In this document: piece after piece, positions 1 to 10,542 of the stretch
Numbering within the stretch: position 1 is the first letter of the stretch
How the letters are laid out: each line of letters opens with the position of its first letter
DNA from: a virus
DNA length: 64,000 nt
Strand: one strand, 5' to 3'
Virus record (IMG/VR): IMGVR_UViG_3300042558_005120
Coordinates: 1-64,000 of that record
Program-made: the position numbers and the translations under genes
The notes under the pieces: generated by a model
The model's database searches: none
Told to the model about the DNA's origin: nothing
The model's input: the letters and a program-made list of their open reading frames with translations, nothing else

Positions 1-417
1 TTAAATTTTGGGGTTTTTTTGTTTTTCTTTTTCATTTTCTTTGGGTGTTTTTTCGGATTCAATTTCTGAATCTTCTGTATCTATATCTTCGCCATCTTCA
101 TTTCTGATTTTACCTTCTTTACGTGTTTCTTTTGAAATTTCAATTGCCTTTTTGATTTTTCCTCTTCGTTCTTCAAGTTCTAGTTTTTCGATGTCATTTC
201 TTGTTAGTTTTATGTCAATGTCCAGAAGTTGAGCTTCAAGTTTATGTGAGTCCTTCATAAGTTTTCTTCTTTCTGCTTGAAGGTCATCCAATTTAGCAAT
301 TAATTCTGCCATATCAGCAGTGGTATCCCCGGAAATATTCGGGTCGACTTCTTCAGGCAACATATTTGATTGACTGTACATTTGTCTCCACTGTTCAAAT
401 TTTATCATCTTTGGCAT
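1..417 (-). CDS. Hypothetical coiled-coil protein with acidic/basic tail; weak match to the capsid-targeting-like leader (MIKFEQW)
   Basis: Complete 138-aa ORF preceded by the late-type motif GAATATATA at 439-447. Confidence 0.6.
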   Translation of the reverse strand: MPKMIKFEQWRQMYSQSNMLPEEVDPNISGDTTADMAELIAKLDDLQAERRKLMKDSHKLEAQLLDIDIKLTRNDIEKLELEERRGKIKKAIEISKETRKEGKIRNEDGEDIDTEDSEIESEKTPKENEKEKQKNPKI

Positions 418-452
418 ATTTAGTAATTTATTTTTTAGTATATATTCTTTTT

Positions 453-3400
453 CTATCTGCCAGTTTTCATTTTTAATACTGTCATACTATCAACGGTGAT
501 ACTCGAGAATCCTTGTTGGATTGCAGAAATGATTGCTTCAGTATCAATCTGAGCTGGTTGCTGCTGTTGCTGTTGTGCCTGTGCAGATTCACCAGGCTGC
601 ATCATTGATTGCGCCTGGCTTCTTTTATCTGCTTCATTATATGCCTGTGGAGATTTATCACCCACTGTTGTACTTTTTCCTCCACCAAACGCAGCACTTA
701 CAGAGTCATTGATAAAGTTAACTATTCCTTCACTTTTTCCAATATCTACTTTGGATATTAGTATCATTGAATCCGTCCAGTCCTTAAACGCCTTGATGCT
801 AATTGGGTCCATGACTTTAAAGTTGTTAGCAAAGACGCCCATGTGTTTTGCCATATCACCGAATGACCTTACGAATTTCTCAAAAGGGTCTGCTATTTTT
901 GACAGACTTTCTGTGGTTTTTGCAAATTTATCGTACTTTTCAAGTAATGTTTGTGATAAGTTTCCATCCATTTTTGCGTAATCTGTTGTGGTAAAGATGG
1001 AACTTATAAAATAATTATAATTGTCAACTGATTTGTGAACTTTATCAGTGTCACTAAACGAACCCATCACAATTTCGGCTATTTCCTTATATTTTACACT
1101 TGCTGCTGCCAGTCCGGTTGAACCACTTTCGATTTCTCTTTTCCAAACACCATATTTTATCCCAGCGTCATACATTGCTTTAGGTAAAAAATCAACAATT
1201 GCATTTAAATTAGTCGCGGCCATTCCAAGTGTCTCTGTATTAATTCTAACTACTTTTGTAGGTGTTAATTTTCCGTCCACTATTTCATTCATCGTAAACT
1301 CACCCATTGCCATTTTTAGTACACTTTCGCCAAGTGTACCAAGCGACCCTGATATTTTTGCTAACATCTCGACACCTGCTGTTAGATATCCCTTTGCAAA
1401 CCACCCTCCTCCTTTTTTCGCATTTTTACCAAAATCGTAAAGCGCTTGAACTAAAGGATTCATTTTGGTTTTTCCAGCCTTTTCTGGGTCGTCAACATTA
1501 CCAACCAATCTCGTTATAAAATCTGCAGCCGCAGTAAAATGCCCTTGTTCTATTTTAATTGGGGCCCCAGGAACCAACTTCGCATCCTTTGTTCCAGGGT
1601 TAATCACAGTCATTGGAACAAATTCGCCGTTTGCCATTTTAAGAATTCCTTCGCCCATTGTATTAAATACAGTGCTTAAGCTTGCTAATGTATTAATACC
1701 TTCGGCTAAATAGCCATTACCAAACCATCCCCCGCCTTCCTTTGCTAGCTTTCCAAATGAAAACAGTGAAGTTACTAATGGATTTGCATTTAGCTTTCTA
1801 GCATCACCGTCCCCGGTCATTTCGGGATTACCAATTAAGTTATTAATAAATTCGCTCGCCTTTTTAAAGTGCTCTATGGTTATCTTTACAGGTGCACCAG
1901 GAACCAACTTAGCATCCGGTGTTCCAGGATTTGCTACAGTCATCGGAACAAATTCAGCTTCAGCTAATTTGAGAACACCTTCACCTACAGAACCAAGAAT
2001 TCCACTTAATTTTGCTAACATATCAATACCGTATGACATATGTCCACGACTAAACCAAGAAGAACCTCCTGATGCTGCTTTTCCAAAATCAGAAAGTGCT
2101 GTTGTTAATTGGTTATTATAAGACCCGTCAGTATTCATACCTAATAAAGCACGAACAAATGTATTGGCGTTTGTGAAATCCTGTTGGCTGAGTTTTCGTT
2201 TCGATTTAGGAACTAATTTTGCATTTTCTGTTCCTGGGTTGATAAGTTCAAATTCAACAACTTCCTGTTGTGCCATATCTGCGACACCTTTTGCAAGTGT
2301 TCCAAGTGTGCTGGATAAACGACCGAGAATGAAAATCCCAAAAAGCAGTTTAGGCATATCCGAGTATTTCAATTCACTGAACGGCTTAACGAATGCGGTT
2401 ACCGTTGCGTTTACGGCATCTTTTAACATTTCACCACTTTCTTTAGTATATTTTGCCTGCATAAACGTTTTAAGACCTTCGGTAAAAGGTCGTAGTGCAT
2501 ATCCTATTGCTGCAAAATACCCAAGACCTAAAGTTATGCCCATTACAAGTGAAAGTCCAGCAATACTACTTCCTAATGATGAAATTGTATATCCAAGAAT
2601 ATCTGCATCCTCTTTTGTTATTGGACGGACTGCATTTGCTTTTGTATATTCTGATAAACCTTTAACAAATAATATTAATGCTCCACCTAATACAATCATT
2701 AAAGCCGCACCGATTCCAACTGCGATATTAATTAACGGAGCGCCAATAACGGCTGCTGCTAATCCTAACCCTGCAATTACAGAACCCAACGCAAGTAATG
2801 AGTTGCCTCCATTTTTCCAATCATTAGCTAAAAATTCTGCAGCCCCAGATTTTACATATTTTGAAACACCCATTACAAATACAATCAGCGCCGCACCCAA
2901 TAGAATCATTAGTCCTGCTCCTATCGTAACTGTTAATGGTATACCGGTTAATAATCCCATTTCGTACATCCCCAAAACTGCAGCAGCTGCGGCTAATCCG
3001 ACAATCACAGCAGCAAGCGCCCCTAATGACACCCATCCTTCTGGTTTTGCTAAAAATTCTGCAGTTCCAGACTTATAATAAAAAACAAGGGCACCAACAA
3101 AAACTATTAAAGATGCCGCCACGATAACCATTGCAATGGCCCCGGCCATTGCTTTATCTTTTATGAAACCAAGGCCAGCAGCGGCCGCGCCCATAATAAT
3201 AATTACTAATCCTAGTTGTATTAGTTGCGCAATTGTTAAATCACCCGCCCCTGACACTTTATAAAAAGCAAGTGCAGCAACAAAGACCAATAAAGATGCG
3301 GATATAATAATAAGTGCAATTGCTCCATTTTTAGAATCTGCTTTACTTAACGCATACAATCCAACTGCTGTAAATAGCATTCCCAGCATTAATGCAAAAG

Positions 3401-4598
3401 CACCCGCCATGTAAAGTTTATTAACAGCTGGTATACCCAGAATAATCATAACCAATGAAATAACAGCAATTCCTGCAGATATCATAAGTAATGAGTCAAG
3501 TGGAGAACCTTTTTTATTTCCCTCGCCCGCTAACTTATGTGCGAGAAATAATACGCCCGCTATTGCTAATAACATTCCAACAAATACTACTCCGCCGGCA
3601 AATATTCTTTTTTGTACCACAGAAGTTGAAAGTGCAAGAATAACAAGTGTAAGAACCGCAATGCCCATAGAAATTTTCCATAATGCCCCGAGAGGGCTGT
3701 TGTCTTTGCCATCAGGCTTCCAATCTTTTGTTAATCCGTATGCAACATAAAGTGCATATGAGATTCCGACTATCATCCCAATAAATACTGAAGTTCCTTT
3801 TGCTATTTGCGGGCCAACAAATGATAATAGAATTAAAACTAAAGAGAATAATGCAATTGATTGGCCCATTTTTAATAGTGAACCCAGTGGACCTTTACTA
3901 AATCCTTCGCCAGTTCCAACAACTTTATTTACTAAATAAAGTGTTAATGCTATGGAAGCAATCACCATATTAAAAATCAAAGTACCTATTAAAACTTGAG
4001 GCGCTACTAAAGAAGTCAACGCCATAACCACCATAAACATACCAATACTCTTTGCCATTCCCATAAGTACAGCTAATGTCTCTGCTTGCTTTTTCTTCAT
4101 TTTTTCTAAGCCTACAAAAGTCTCATTCACCTTTTGAATTACTATAGAAAACATAGTCGCACCGATGATTGCCAACGGACCTAATATAGCTGCCCATGCT
4201 AATCCTTTCATTAGGTGCATGGTTCCTTTACTTATTGAATCAATGAATTTTGCAAAATGAAGTAGTTTTTCGGTGTCGTATTCTAAAACAGGGTTAACAA
4301 TATCTTTAAAAACAGTTTTGTAGAAATCGCTTATAAGAACCCTAGCGTCTGGCTTAATTAGACTTGCTTGAACTGCAACTTCAACCAAAGATTTCATATC
4401 AGTTGCAAATCCTGCTAATGGACTCATACCTATCCCGGCAGCAGGGGCTTTACCTTTACCTTTGGATTCTTCGCCTTCACCTTCACCTTCGCCTTTCTTT
4501 TTCCCTTTGTCACCTTTTTCTAATACTGCCAACATTTTCTTGTTGACATCAATTAAAGCATCTAATCTACTACTTATTTTTACACCGTCTGCTGACAT
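453..4598 (-). CDS. Tail tape measure-like protein with many hydrophobic helices and about four ~100-aa internal repeats
   Basis: 1381 aa, Ala/Gly/Leu-rich helical composition; lies downstream of sheath, tube and hub genes; repeats of the form EFVPMTVxNPGTxDAKLVPG...GGGWF. Confidence 0.7.
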   Translation of the reverse strand: MSADGVKISSRLDALIDVNKKMLAVLEKGDKGKKKGEGEGEGEESKGKGKAPAAGIGMSPLAGFATDMKSLVEVAVQASLIKPDARVLISDFYKTVFKDIVNPVLEYDTEKLLHFAKFIDSISKGTMHLMKGLAWAAILGPLAIIGATMFSIVIQKVNETFVGLEKMKKKQAETLAVLMGMAKSIGMFMVVMALTSLVAPQVLIGTLIFNMVIASIALTLYLVNKVVGTGEGFSKGPLGSLLKMGQSIALFSLVLILLSFVGPQIAKGTSVFIGMIVGISYALYVAYGLTKDWKPDGKDNSPLGALWKISMGIAVLTLVILALSTSVVQKRIFAGGVVFVGMLLAIAGVLFLAHKLAGEGNKKGSPLDSLLMISAGIAVISLVMIILGIPAVNKLYMAGAFALMLGMLFTAVGLYALSKADSKNGAIALIIISASLLVFVAALAFYKVSGAGDLTIAQLIQLGLVIIIMGAAAAGLGFIKDKAMAGAIAMVIVAASLIVFVGALVFYYKSGTAEFLAKPEGWVSLGALAAVIVGLAAAAAVLGMYEMGLLTGIPLTVTIGAGLMILLGAALIVFVMGVSKYVKSGAAEFLANDWKNGGNSLLALGSVIAGLGLAAAVIGAPLINIAVGIGAALMIVLGGALILFVKGLSEYTKANAVRPITKEDADILGYTISSLGSSIAGLSLVMGITLGLGYFAAIGYALRPFTEGLKTFMQAKYTKESGEMLKDAVNATVTAFVKPFSELKYSDMPKLLFGIFILGRLSSTLGTLAKGVADMAQQEVVEFELINPGTENAKLVPKSKRKLSQQDFTNANTFVRALLGMNTDGSYNNQLTTALSDFGKAASGGSSWFSRGHMSYGIDMLAKLSGILGSVGEGVLKLAEAEFVPMTVANPGTPDAKLVPGAPVKITIEHFKKASEFINNLIGNPEMTGDGDARKLNANPLVTSLFSFGKLAKEGGGWFGNGYLAEGINTLASLSTVFNTMGEGILKMANGEFVPMTVINPGTKDAKLVPGAPIKIEQGHFTAAADFITRLVGNVDDPEKAGKTKMNPLVQALYDFGKNAKKGGGWFAKGYLTAGVEMLAKISGSLGTLGESVLKMAMGEFTMNEIVDGKLTPTKVVRINTETLGMAATNLNAIVDFLPKAMYDAGIKYGVWKREIESGSTGLAAASVKYKEIAEIVMGSFSDTDKVHKSVDNYNYFISSIFTTTDYAKMDGNLSQTLLEKYDKFAKTTESLSKIADPFEKFVRSFGDMAKHMGVFANNFKVMDPISIKAFKDWTDSMILISKVDIGKSEGIVNFINDSVSAAFGGGKSTTVGDKSPQAYNEADKRSQAQSMMQPGESAQAQQQQQQPAQIDTEAIISAIQQGFSSITVDSMTVLKMKTGR

Positions 4599-4626
4599 TA
4601 ACTTTAGATTTATTTTGACTATATTC

Positions 4627-4635
4627 TATATATCA
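4627..4635 (-). promoter_or_regulatory. Late-type promoter motif TGATATATA upstream of the tape measure gene
   Basis: One of 14 intergenic copies of (G/A)ATATATA just upstream of structural or virion genes. Confidence 0.65.
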
Positions 4636-4666
4636 AAAGACCTGTGACTATTACGCCACAGGTCTT
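4635..4666 (-). terminator. Rho-independent terminator
   Basis: Stem AAGACCTGTG/CACAGGTCTT followed by a T-run on the minus strand. Confidence 0.7.
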
Positions 4667-4671
4667 GGATG

Positions 4672-5019
4672 TTAAAATTTAGGCATATTGAAACTTGGCA
4701 TCGATGGCATTTTAAATCCACCTCCCATTTTTGAAAGTTGGTTTGTATCAAATTTTGGCATATTTTCTTTCTGCTCTGACTCTTCTTTTTGCCTTTGTTT
4801 GTTCTCTCTTTCTGACCATTCTTTCTGTTTCTCCATTATGTACTCTGCTCGATAAAATTCCATTTTATCTAATTCACTTGGTTGAAGACGTAGAATTTTT
4901 AAGAGTAAAAATTCAACATCAAACCAATTCTCCAAAGATATCTGAAATAAGGAAAATAGATTTGATTCCTCCCTGAAAGTTGAGAGGAGCGGTGACCTCC
5001 GCACCGCTTGGATTGACAT
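4672..5019 (-). CDS. T4 gp51-like baseplate hub assembly protein / tail chaperone C-part; start uncertain
   Basis: ENWFDVEFLLLKILRLQPSELDKMEFYRAEYIME resembles the gp51 pattern; overlaps the gp26-like ORF by about 100 nt in the +1 frame. Confidence 0.5.
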   Translation of the reverse strand: MSIQAVRRSPLLSTFREESNLFSLFQISLENWFDVEFLLLKILRLQPSELDKMEFYRAEYIMEKQKEWSERENKQRQKEESEQKENMPKFDTNQLSKMGGGFKMPSMPSFNMPKF

Positions 5020-5899
5020 ATCGTATTTGCGGATTTACTGAAGATGCTAAAATTTCAACCAATTTATCTAAAGCTGAAATACGAGCAACCGACCAGCCAT
5101 AAGAATCTTGGACTGCTTTGTCATAAGATGCTTGTGTTAAAGCTCTCCAATCATTAAATAAGAAAGGTGCATATTTAATAAATGCTTTATCAAAGTTTTG
5201 GCCTTGTTGTTGTTTTGTTTTAATGTAATTTTTAATAAATGACATCACACCTAATGTTGGAAAATACATAACAAATTTTTCACCATTTCTCATTTCGAGT
5301 TTGAAACAGTGTTCTTCATGGCTAAAATATTTCATCATTCTTTCATCGGGGTTAAAGTAATCAATTACATCTTTTGTTACTTCAATTCTATCACCTACAC
5401 CATCGTTATCTGTTACATTAACATATAGTTTGTTCTCTCCATTCTTAAACGTGTAGTCTCTGATAGCAAAAATAAGATAGAAACGGTCAATCTCCTTTAA
5501 GTCTTTAAATGATGCAGCACGTCCTGGGATTTTAATTTTGCAACATTTTTCAATAATAAAATTAAGCATATCATCTACACCCAATAAGTCGTTCTCGTCA
5601 ATTGTTGACCAGTGACGAATTTCAGCAACAGTTGCGGCACGAATTGCCACTTGTGTTCCGGATTCATAAAATAAACCTTGAGACGGTAGATACTCAATTG
5701 GAACATTTTTCCATCCAAGTTCAGATGCTATTGGGTCATCAACATCGTAGACTTTAAATTTTTCTGCTGTTCCTAGTGAAGTTACTTTAGCGACTTCAGG
5801 CTGTTTTGCTTGTAGAGGTTCGTTACCTACAAGCATTTGTGCTTCTTTTTCAATTTGGTCTCTTAAACTTTCAGAGTCTAAATTTTGTTCGTTTTGCAT
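4919..5899 (-). CDS. T4 gp26-like baseplate hub subunit / tail assembly chaperone
   Basis: LPSQGLFY...VAIRAATVAE...DLKEIDRFYLIFAIR motif; position between tube and tape measure. Confidence 0.6.
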   Translation of the reverse strand: MQNEQNLDSESLRDQIEKEAQMLVGNEPLQAKQPEVAKVTSLGTAEKFKVYDVDDPIASELGWKNVPIEYLPSQGLFYESGTQVAIRAATVAEIRHWSTIDENDLLGVDDMLNFIIEKCCKIKIPGRAASFKDLKEIDRFYLIFAIRDYTFKNGENKLYVNVTDNDGVGDRIEVTKDVIDYFNPDERMMKYFSHEEHCFKLEMRNGEKFVMYFPTLGVMSFIKNYIKTKQQQGQNFDKAFIKYAPFLFNDWRALTQASYDKAVQDSYGWSVARISALDKLVEILASSVNPQIRYVNPSGAEVTAPLNFQGGIKSIFLISDIFGELV

Positions 5900-5936
5900 A
5901 TTACGTTTTTTTGAGTTAAAAAATATTTATTTAGTA

Positions 5937-5945
5937 TATATATCA
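5937..5945 (-). promoter_or_regulatory. Late-type promoter motif TGATATATA
   Basis: Recurrent intergenic motif, upstream of the gp26-like gene. Confidence 0.65.
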
Positions 5946-5974
5946 AAGCCAATTCTAAGTAGCCATTTAAAATA

Positions 5975-6003
5975 AAAAAAGCTACCATTACTGATAGCTT
6001 TTT
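5975..6003. terminator. Probable bidirectional terminator after the tail tube gene
   Basis: AAAAAAGCTA...TAGCTTTTT inverted repeat with A/T flanks. Confidence 0.6.
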
Positions 6004-6031
6004 GAAAAAATATGCAAAATGATTACAAAAA

Positions 6032-6589
6032 TTATAGAATTGTTTCTTCAAAGTAGTCACAACGGAAAACAAAACCCCCGATGCGGTAAATGTCATTATT
6101 GCTGTAGTCAGTTTCAATTTTGGGTAGCGGTGAAGTAGGAAAACAAATTGGATATTTAACTTGGCGGAAAATATCACCGTTTTTGTTAAAGAAGTTGATA
6201 ATCATTGGACCACCAACATAGTCACGCTTTAGACCCATACGACCTGTCAATGGATCGTAAATTAAATCAGTCCACTGACGAAGTGCTTTATAGACATACA
6301 TTGAGTTAGCATCATCCAAGTTAACCTCGAAGTCAATTGCAACATCGTTTGTTGTCTCATCAACCATACCACCGGCAAAAGAACGCTTTGCTGATTTGTA
6401 TTTTTGCTCGATAACACCCGGTTGTTTATTGGTTTCGATACCATCGACCTTTAAAACTTGCTCCATAACTAATGTCCATGCTGAAACAGAAGGTGGAGGT
6501 GTTAACTGAATCTCAAATTGAGCATTATATATAGGCTCGTAGCGGTTCATCGCCGCCTTGGAATTTCTATAGTGTGGTAAACCTGCCAT
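6032..6589 (-). CDS. Tail tube protein (T4 gp19-like)
   Basis: 185 aa directly downstream of the sheath; ALRQWTDLIYDPLTG...DY...CFPT pattern. Confidence 0.75.
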   Translation of the reverse strand: MAGLPHYRNSKAAMNRYEPIYNAQFEIQLTPPPSVSAWTLVMEQVLKVDGIETNKQPGVIEQKYKSAKRSFAGGMVDETTNDVAIDFEVNLDDANSMYVYKALRQWTDLIYDPLTGRMGLKRDYVGGPMIINFFNKNGDIFRQVKYPICFPTSPLPKIETDYSNNDIYRIGGFVFRCDYFEETIL

Positions 6590-6610
6590 AATTTATTTTT
6601 ATTTTTTTAG

Positions 6611-6619
6611 TATATATCA
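6611..6619 (-). promoter_or_regulatory. Late-type promoter motif TGATATATA
   Basis: Intergenic between sheath and tube. Confidence 0.65.
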
Positions 6620-6621
6620 AT

Positions 6622-9600
6622 TTAAACAGCGGCAAAACCGCCTGAAGCGATTGCGCCGGTTTTGAGAACTGTAATACGGTTGATAAATTTTTGTAAACCT
6701 CTTGCTGGTTCGACTCCAATATCAAGAATACCAAAGTTTTGGTCAATGATTTCAGCAGTGTTATTAGTCTCATCCATAATTACAGAATAAGCATAGATAC
6801 CTTGACCGTTTCGAACACCATCCAAGTAAGTTTCAACAATTGTTCGGATTTGAAGACGAGTTGAAGCATCGTTAAATTCAAACAAGTAGTTTTGAAGAAT
6901 ATCAATTACAGCATCTTCAATTGTTATCAACAAGTCGCGGACGTGTAGATTATTGAATGCAGAAATTGTTCTTTGATAACCAGTTTGGTTTGCATAAATC
7001 ATTGGTCCAACATTTTTAACAACAGTGATTGGATTCAATCCAATTGGCTCCAAAAATTCACGGTCACGCAATAAGAAGTCGTATTCTAGACCATTATATT
7101 TTGCATCCGATATAACACCTCGTCTTGGACCCGCCACGATTGCATACGGTTCTCCGTTGATAAATTTACGGACAAAGTTGTTTGAAACGTGAGCAGCTGG
7201 TGGAATACTTTTATTCTTACCGTCTTCACGAAGAATGATGTTTGGCGTAAATACACCAATAAATTTAGCACCATTTTCTTCATCGGGTAAACTCCAAGTA
7301 TAAGAAGGTCCTAATGAAAGATTTCCACCCGTTGAGATATATTCGGTATTCAATACAGGTTTTGGATTTCCAGTTGCAGCATCCGGCAATTCAGTAAAAC
7401 GTGGGTCAGTACTTGCTTGGAATTCAGCCATTGAAGGCGCATTCAAGATTGCCATACATTGCATTCTATTTTTTGCAAGACGACTCAAGTATTGTTTAGG
7501 ACCCATACCAGGTTCCAATCCACCATTGAACGTGTCAATAACATAACGGTATTGAATAATATCCTTTGATTGTAAAGTTACACCAACATTTGTGGTTTCA
7601 ATTACACTCAAGATTTTCTCCAACTGCGCAGGTGTGCCTGGCATATGGAATTCAGTCATCTTGAATCCTGAAAGAGATGTAAATTGGAAACGGTCAACAA
7701 ATTTCTGAATTGGCGTAAATTTAGTAATATAGTCAATTCCGCTTAAAGAAGTAATTCCTGGGATTTGAATTGCTGTATATTCAAAATAAGGAACACCTGT
7801 TGCGGGATCGAACTTTTTCACTTTAGCAGTAATTCTCGTTAATTTTGGATTATTGGCATCGTTGTTTACAACAAAGTCACCAACTTCCAATAATGCAGCA
7901 TTTGTTGAATTTAATTTGAATTTTTTACCACCTGCAAATAAACCAGGACTTTCGATAGAAATATTTGAACTAATGTTCTTTGCTGTAGAAGAATAAACTG
8001 CAAATACAGTTTCACCAACAGCGCCAGTTTGTTGAGTAGAATCAATGTATGTATTATCCAAAGAAGCATAAGTTGCGTTGGCACGAGTTAACAATTGTGT
8101 ATCTGAATATTGGCGAACTCGAGCACCATTTAATCCATATGCCACTTTAGAGTATTGATTGCCGGCTTTACCCCATTGTAAATCAACATTTAAGTAATTA
8201 AATTGTGAACCACCTGTGCCATATTTAACACGGTCACCATCAACTACGATACTTCCTTTAATATTTGTACTCAATTTTGCACCAGGATATGCTTCAACAT
8301 AAGCAAGTTTTGTAATATCAGAATTTTCAAGATTAAATCCTGCTAAAATACCTGCTGTGTTATCTAAAACTTCACCTCTGAAAATTGTTCCGCCTGGTAA
8401 TTCTACTCTAACTAACCCACCCAATGATAAACCGTTGAGCGGATTGTTATCCGCAGCGTCTACGATTCTCACCTTTCTAAAATCAGCAATATTGCTAGAA
8501 TCTAAAACAAAGGCAGCACCTGTACCATCTTGGATATGGTGCACACCAGCAATAAGTACTGCTGGAACAACCGACTCGTCATAAAGAACTACCGTGTTTT
8601 CAGACGATTTTACTACTGTTTGGCCGAGACCGTCAACGCTGTTGATTTGTGCACTTGGATTTAAAATATATCCAAAAGTATTACTAATCGCACCACCAGC
8701 AGTTTGCAAGTCTGGAACCAGATATGGTGCTGCGGGTGCAGTTGGTGTAAATAATGTAACCTTGATAGACCCAGGCTGAACATATGCTAAAAATTCGTCG
8801 GCCGGGAATCCACTAACACACCATTTTTCAAAGAAAAATACAGGGTCTGCTGTAGGTGCTGTTACGGTAATTGTTGTTGTTGCCGTAATTACAGCACTTG
8901 AAATTTGGAAATATTTACTGTACCCAGCAGCTTCAATTAGTATAATATCACCATTTGCTGGTGTTAAGTTGTTAAAATTAACAACCTCGATAGTATTTGC
9001 TAATGTTGGAACTAATGCAGCAACAGTTTCTTCAATGTAATTTGATTCTGGTGCAGAAAAACCGTTTTCGTAATTTGTATCTGTGTGGTTAGGAGAAGAA
9101 AGTTGTAAAAGTATCTCAGAACCAGTATCAATTACGTTTTCGACTTTAACAAAATCAAATGGTGTTGCTGAACCGTTAATGCCGCTATTGGCAGCTAACG
9201 CACCGTACGTTACAACTAAAGAATTTCTGTTAAATCCATTTAACAAAGCTTCCCATTGTGCAGGTGTAAATGTTACATCACTTGGGATTGGTTTTGGAAT
9301 TGCTAAAACGTTACAGAATTTTCCACTAACACCACTGTATGCAACAGACTTTATATAAGGTGCAACAGAACCACTTGCCGGGTCATAAGTTTTTTGAACT
9401 AAATCTTGATTTAAGAAATCTGAATCCTGTCCAGTATGCGATAATACGTTTTTAATTGGTGTATTATAAGAAAGAAAATCAATTGTATCATCAGTTGTAT
9501 TGATAAGAGTATTTCCTACCATATCTACTTTATATACGCTGTTTTCATAATCGCTCAAAGCATCTTCGTTGATGTTTAAGAAAAATCCAGTAACAGCAGA

Positions 9601-10464
9601 ATTGGCATTTACGATTGTATCAATAGATTGGTTTGAACCGTTATTATCAATAAAGTTAGGAATAATACAACCAGTGAAAGAACCTAAAAGCGTAATACCG
9701 TCCAAAGAAACAAATTGATCTAAACGGTCTGCTTTAATACCACGCAAGTCAAAATACTTGCTGTAAGTTGGGTCTTGTGAAAGAAGAGGTAGATTTGTCC
9801 AATCACCTTTTACAAGATATAAGTCAACAAAATAGTCAGACAGGTAGTCTTGCGGGTTTACATAAGGCGGGATTTCATCTGCGCCATAGTATTCCTCGGC
9901 CGTAATGTTGTACTGTGTTACAACACTCGATTTACGGACAATAAAGCTTGCAACTTGTTGTCCTAAATTTACAACATTGAACAAGCGACCACGGTTTGTT
10001 GGTTTGCTATCTACAGTTGCTTGCAGATAATCAGTATCCGGGAACCAAAATCTTTCTTTGTTATAAAAAGAAGAATATAAAGCACGGGTCACATCTCCGT
10101 TTTCTTCATCTGCAGCTAAAGCAATTGAGCGATAATCAACCGCATCTCCACCTTCATTTACAGGTACGTTATTTAATGGTAATAGATTCAATGCAAATAT
10201 TGGACCTGCTGTTAAACAAGTCTCAATTGAGCGATGAAAGAAAGAACCACGAGCCTCTAATACTGAGTCGATTCGTCCAAAGATTCGGCGAGCTGTTGCG
10301 GTATCTCTTAAAAATACTGGCGCATTGAATGGTCCGATACGAGAAAAACCAACAACCAAACGAATTGTTTGAGTTGAAATAACTAGTCTCTCTGAAGCAT
10401 CAAATTCAATGGTGTAGACACCTGAAGCTTTGAACCTGTTAAGATCCAATGTAATTTTTGCCAT
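6622..10464 (-). CDS. Contractile tail sheath protein (T4 gp18-like) with a large central insertion
   Basis: N-terminal SGVYTIEFD...VGFSRIGPFN; C-terminal IPPAAHV...AGPRRG...LHVRDLL...FEFND...MDETNNT...VEPARGLQKF. Confidence 0.9.
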   Translation of the reverse strand: MAKITLDLNRFKASGVYTIEFDASERLVISTQTIRLVVGFSRIGPFNAPVFLRDTATARRIFGRIDSVLEARGSFFHRSIETCLTAGPIFALNLLPLNNVPVNEGGDAVDYRSIALAADEENGDVTRALYSSFYNKERFWFPDTDYLQATVDSKPTNRGRLFNVVNLGQQVASFIVRKSSVVTQYNITAEEYYGADEIPPYVNPQDYLSDYFVDLYLVKGDWTNLPLLSQDPTYSKYFDLRGIKADRLDQFVSLDGITLLGSFTGCIIPNFIDNNGSNQSIDTIVNANSAVTGFFLNINEDALSDYENSVYKVDMVGNTLINTTDDTIDFLSYNTPIKNVLSHTGQDSDFLNQDLVQKTYDPASGSVAPYIKSVAYSGVSGKFCNVLAIPKPIPSDVTFTPAQWEALLNGFNRNSLVVTYGALAANSGINGSATPFDFVKVENVIDTGSEILLQLSSPNHTDTNYENGFSAPESNYIEETVAALVPTLANTIEVVNFNNLTPANGDIILIEAAGYSKYFQISSAVITATTTITVTAPTADPVFFFEKWCVSGFPADEFLAYVQPGSIKVTLFTPTAPAAPYLVPDLQTAGGAISNTFGYILNPSAQINSVDGLGQTVVKSSENTVVLYDESVVPAVLIAGVHHIQDGTGAAFVLDSSNIADFRKVRIVDAADNNPLNGLSLGGLVRVELPGGTIFRGEVLDNTAGILAGFNLENSDITKLAYVEAYPGAKLSTNIKGSIVVDGDRVKYGTGGSQFNYLNVDLQWGKAGNQYSKVAYGLNGARVRQYSDTQLLTRANATYASLDNTYIDSTQQTGAVGETVFAVYSSTAKNISSNISIESPGLFAGGKKFKLNSTNAALLEVGDFVVNNDANNPKLTRITAKVKKFDPATGVPYFEYTAIQIPGITSLSGIDYITKFTPIQKFVDRFQFTSLSGFKMTEFHMPGTPAQLEKILSVIETTNVGVTLQSKDIIQYRYVIDTFNGGLEPGMGPKQYLSRLAKNRMQCMAILNAPSMAEFQASTDPRFTELPDAATGNPKPVLNTEYISTGGNLSLGPSYTWSLPDEENGAKFIGVFTPNIILREDGKNKSIPPAAHVSNNFVRKFINGEPYAIVAGPRRGVISDAKYNGLEYDFLLRDREFLEPIGLNPITVVKNVGPMIYANQTGYQRTISAFNNLHVRDLLITIEDAVIDILQNYLFEFNDASTRLQIRTIVETYLDGVRNGQGIYAYSVIMDETNNTAEIIDQNFGILDIGVEPARGLQKFINRITVLKTGAIASGGFAAV

Positions 10465-10507
10465 TCGTTTTAATATTTATTTTAGTCTTTATAGTATTTC
10501 TATGTTT

Positions 10508-10516
10508 TATATATTC
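10508..10516 (-). promoter_or_regulatory. Late-type promoter motif GAATATATA upstream of the sheath gene
   Basis: Recurrent intergenic motif. Confidence 0.6.
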
Positions 10517-10542
10517 AGAACAAAAACACAAAAAACTGAAAT

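Noticed and set aside
5878-6773. Alternative-frame minus ORFs 5878-6177, 6262-6444 and 6567-6773
   Set aside because: They overlap the tube and sheath genes and cross a terminator or promoter motifs.
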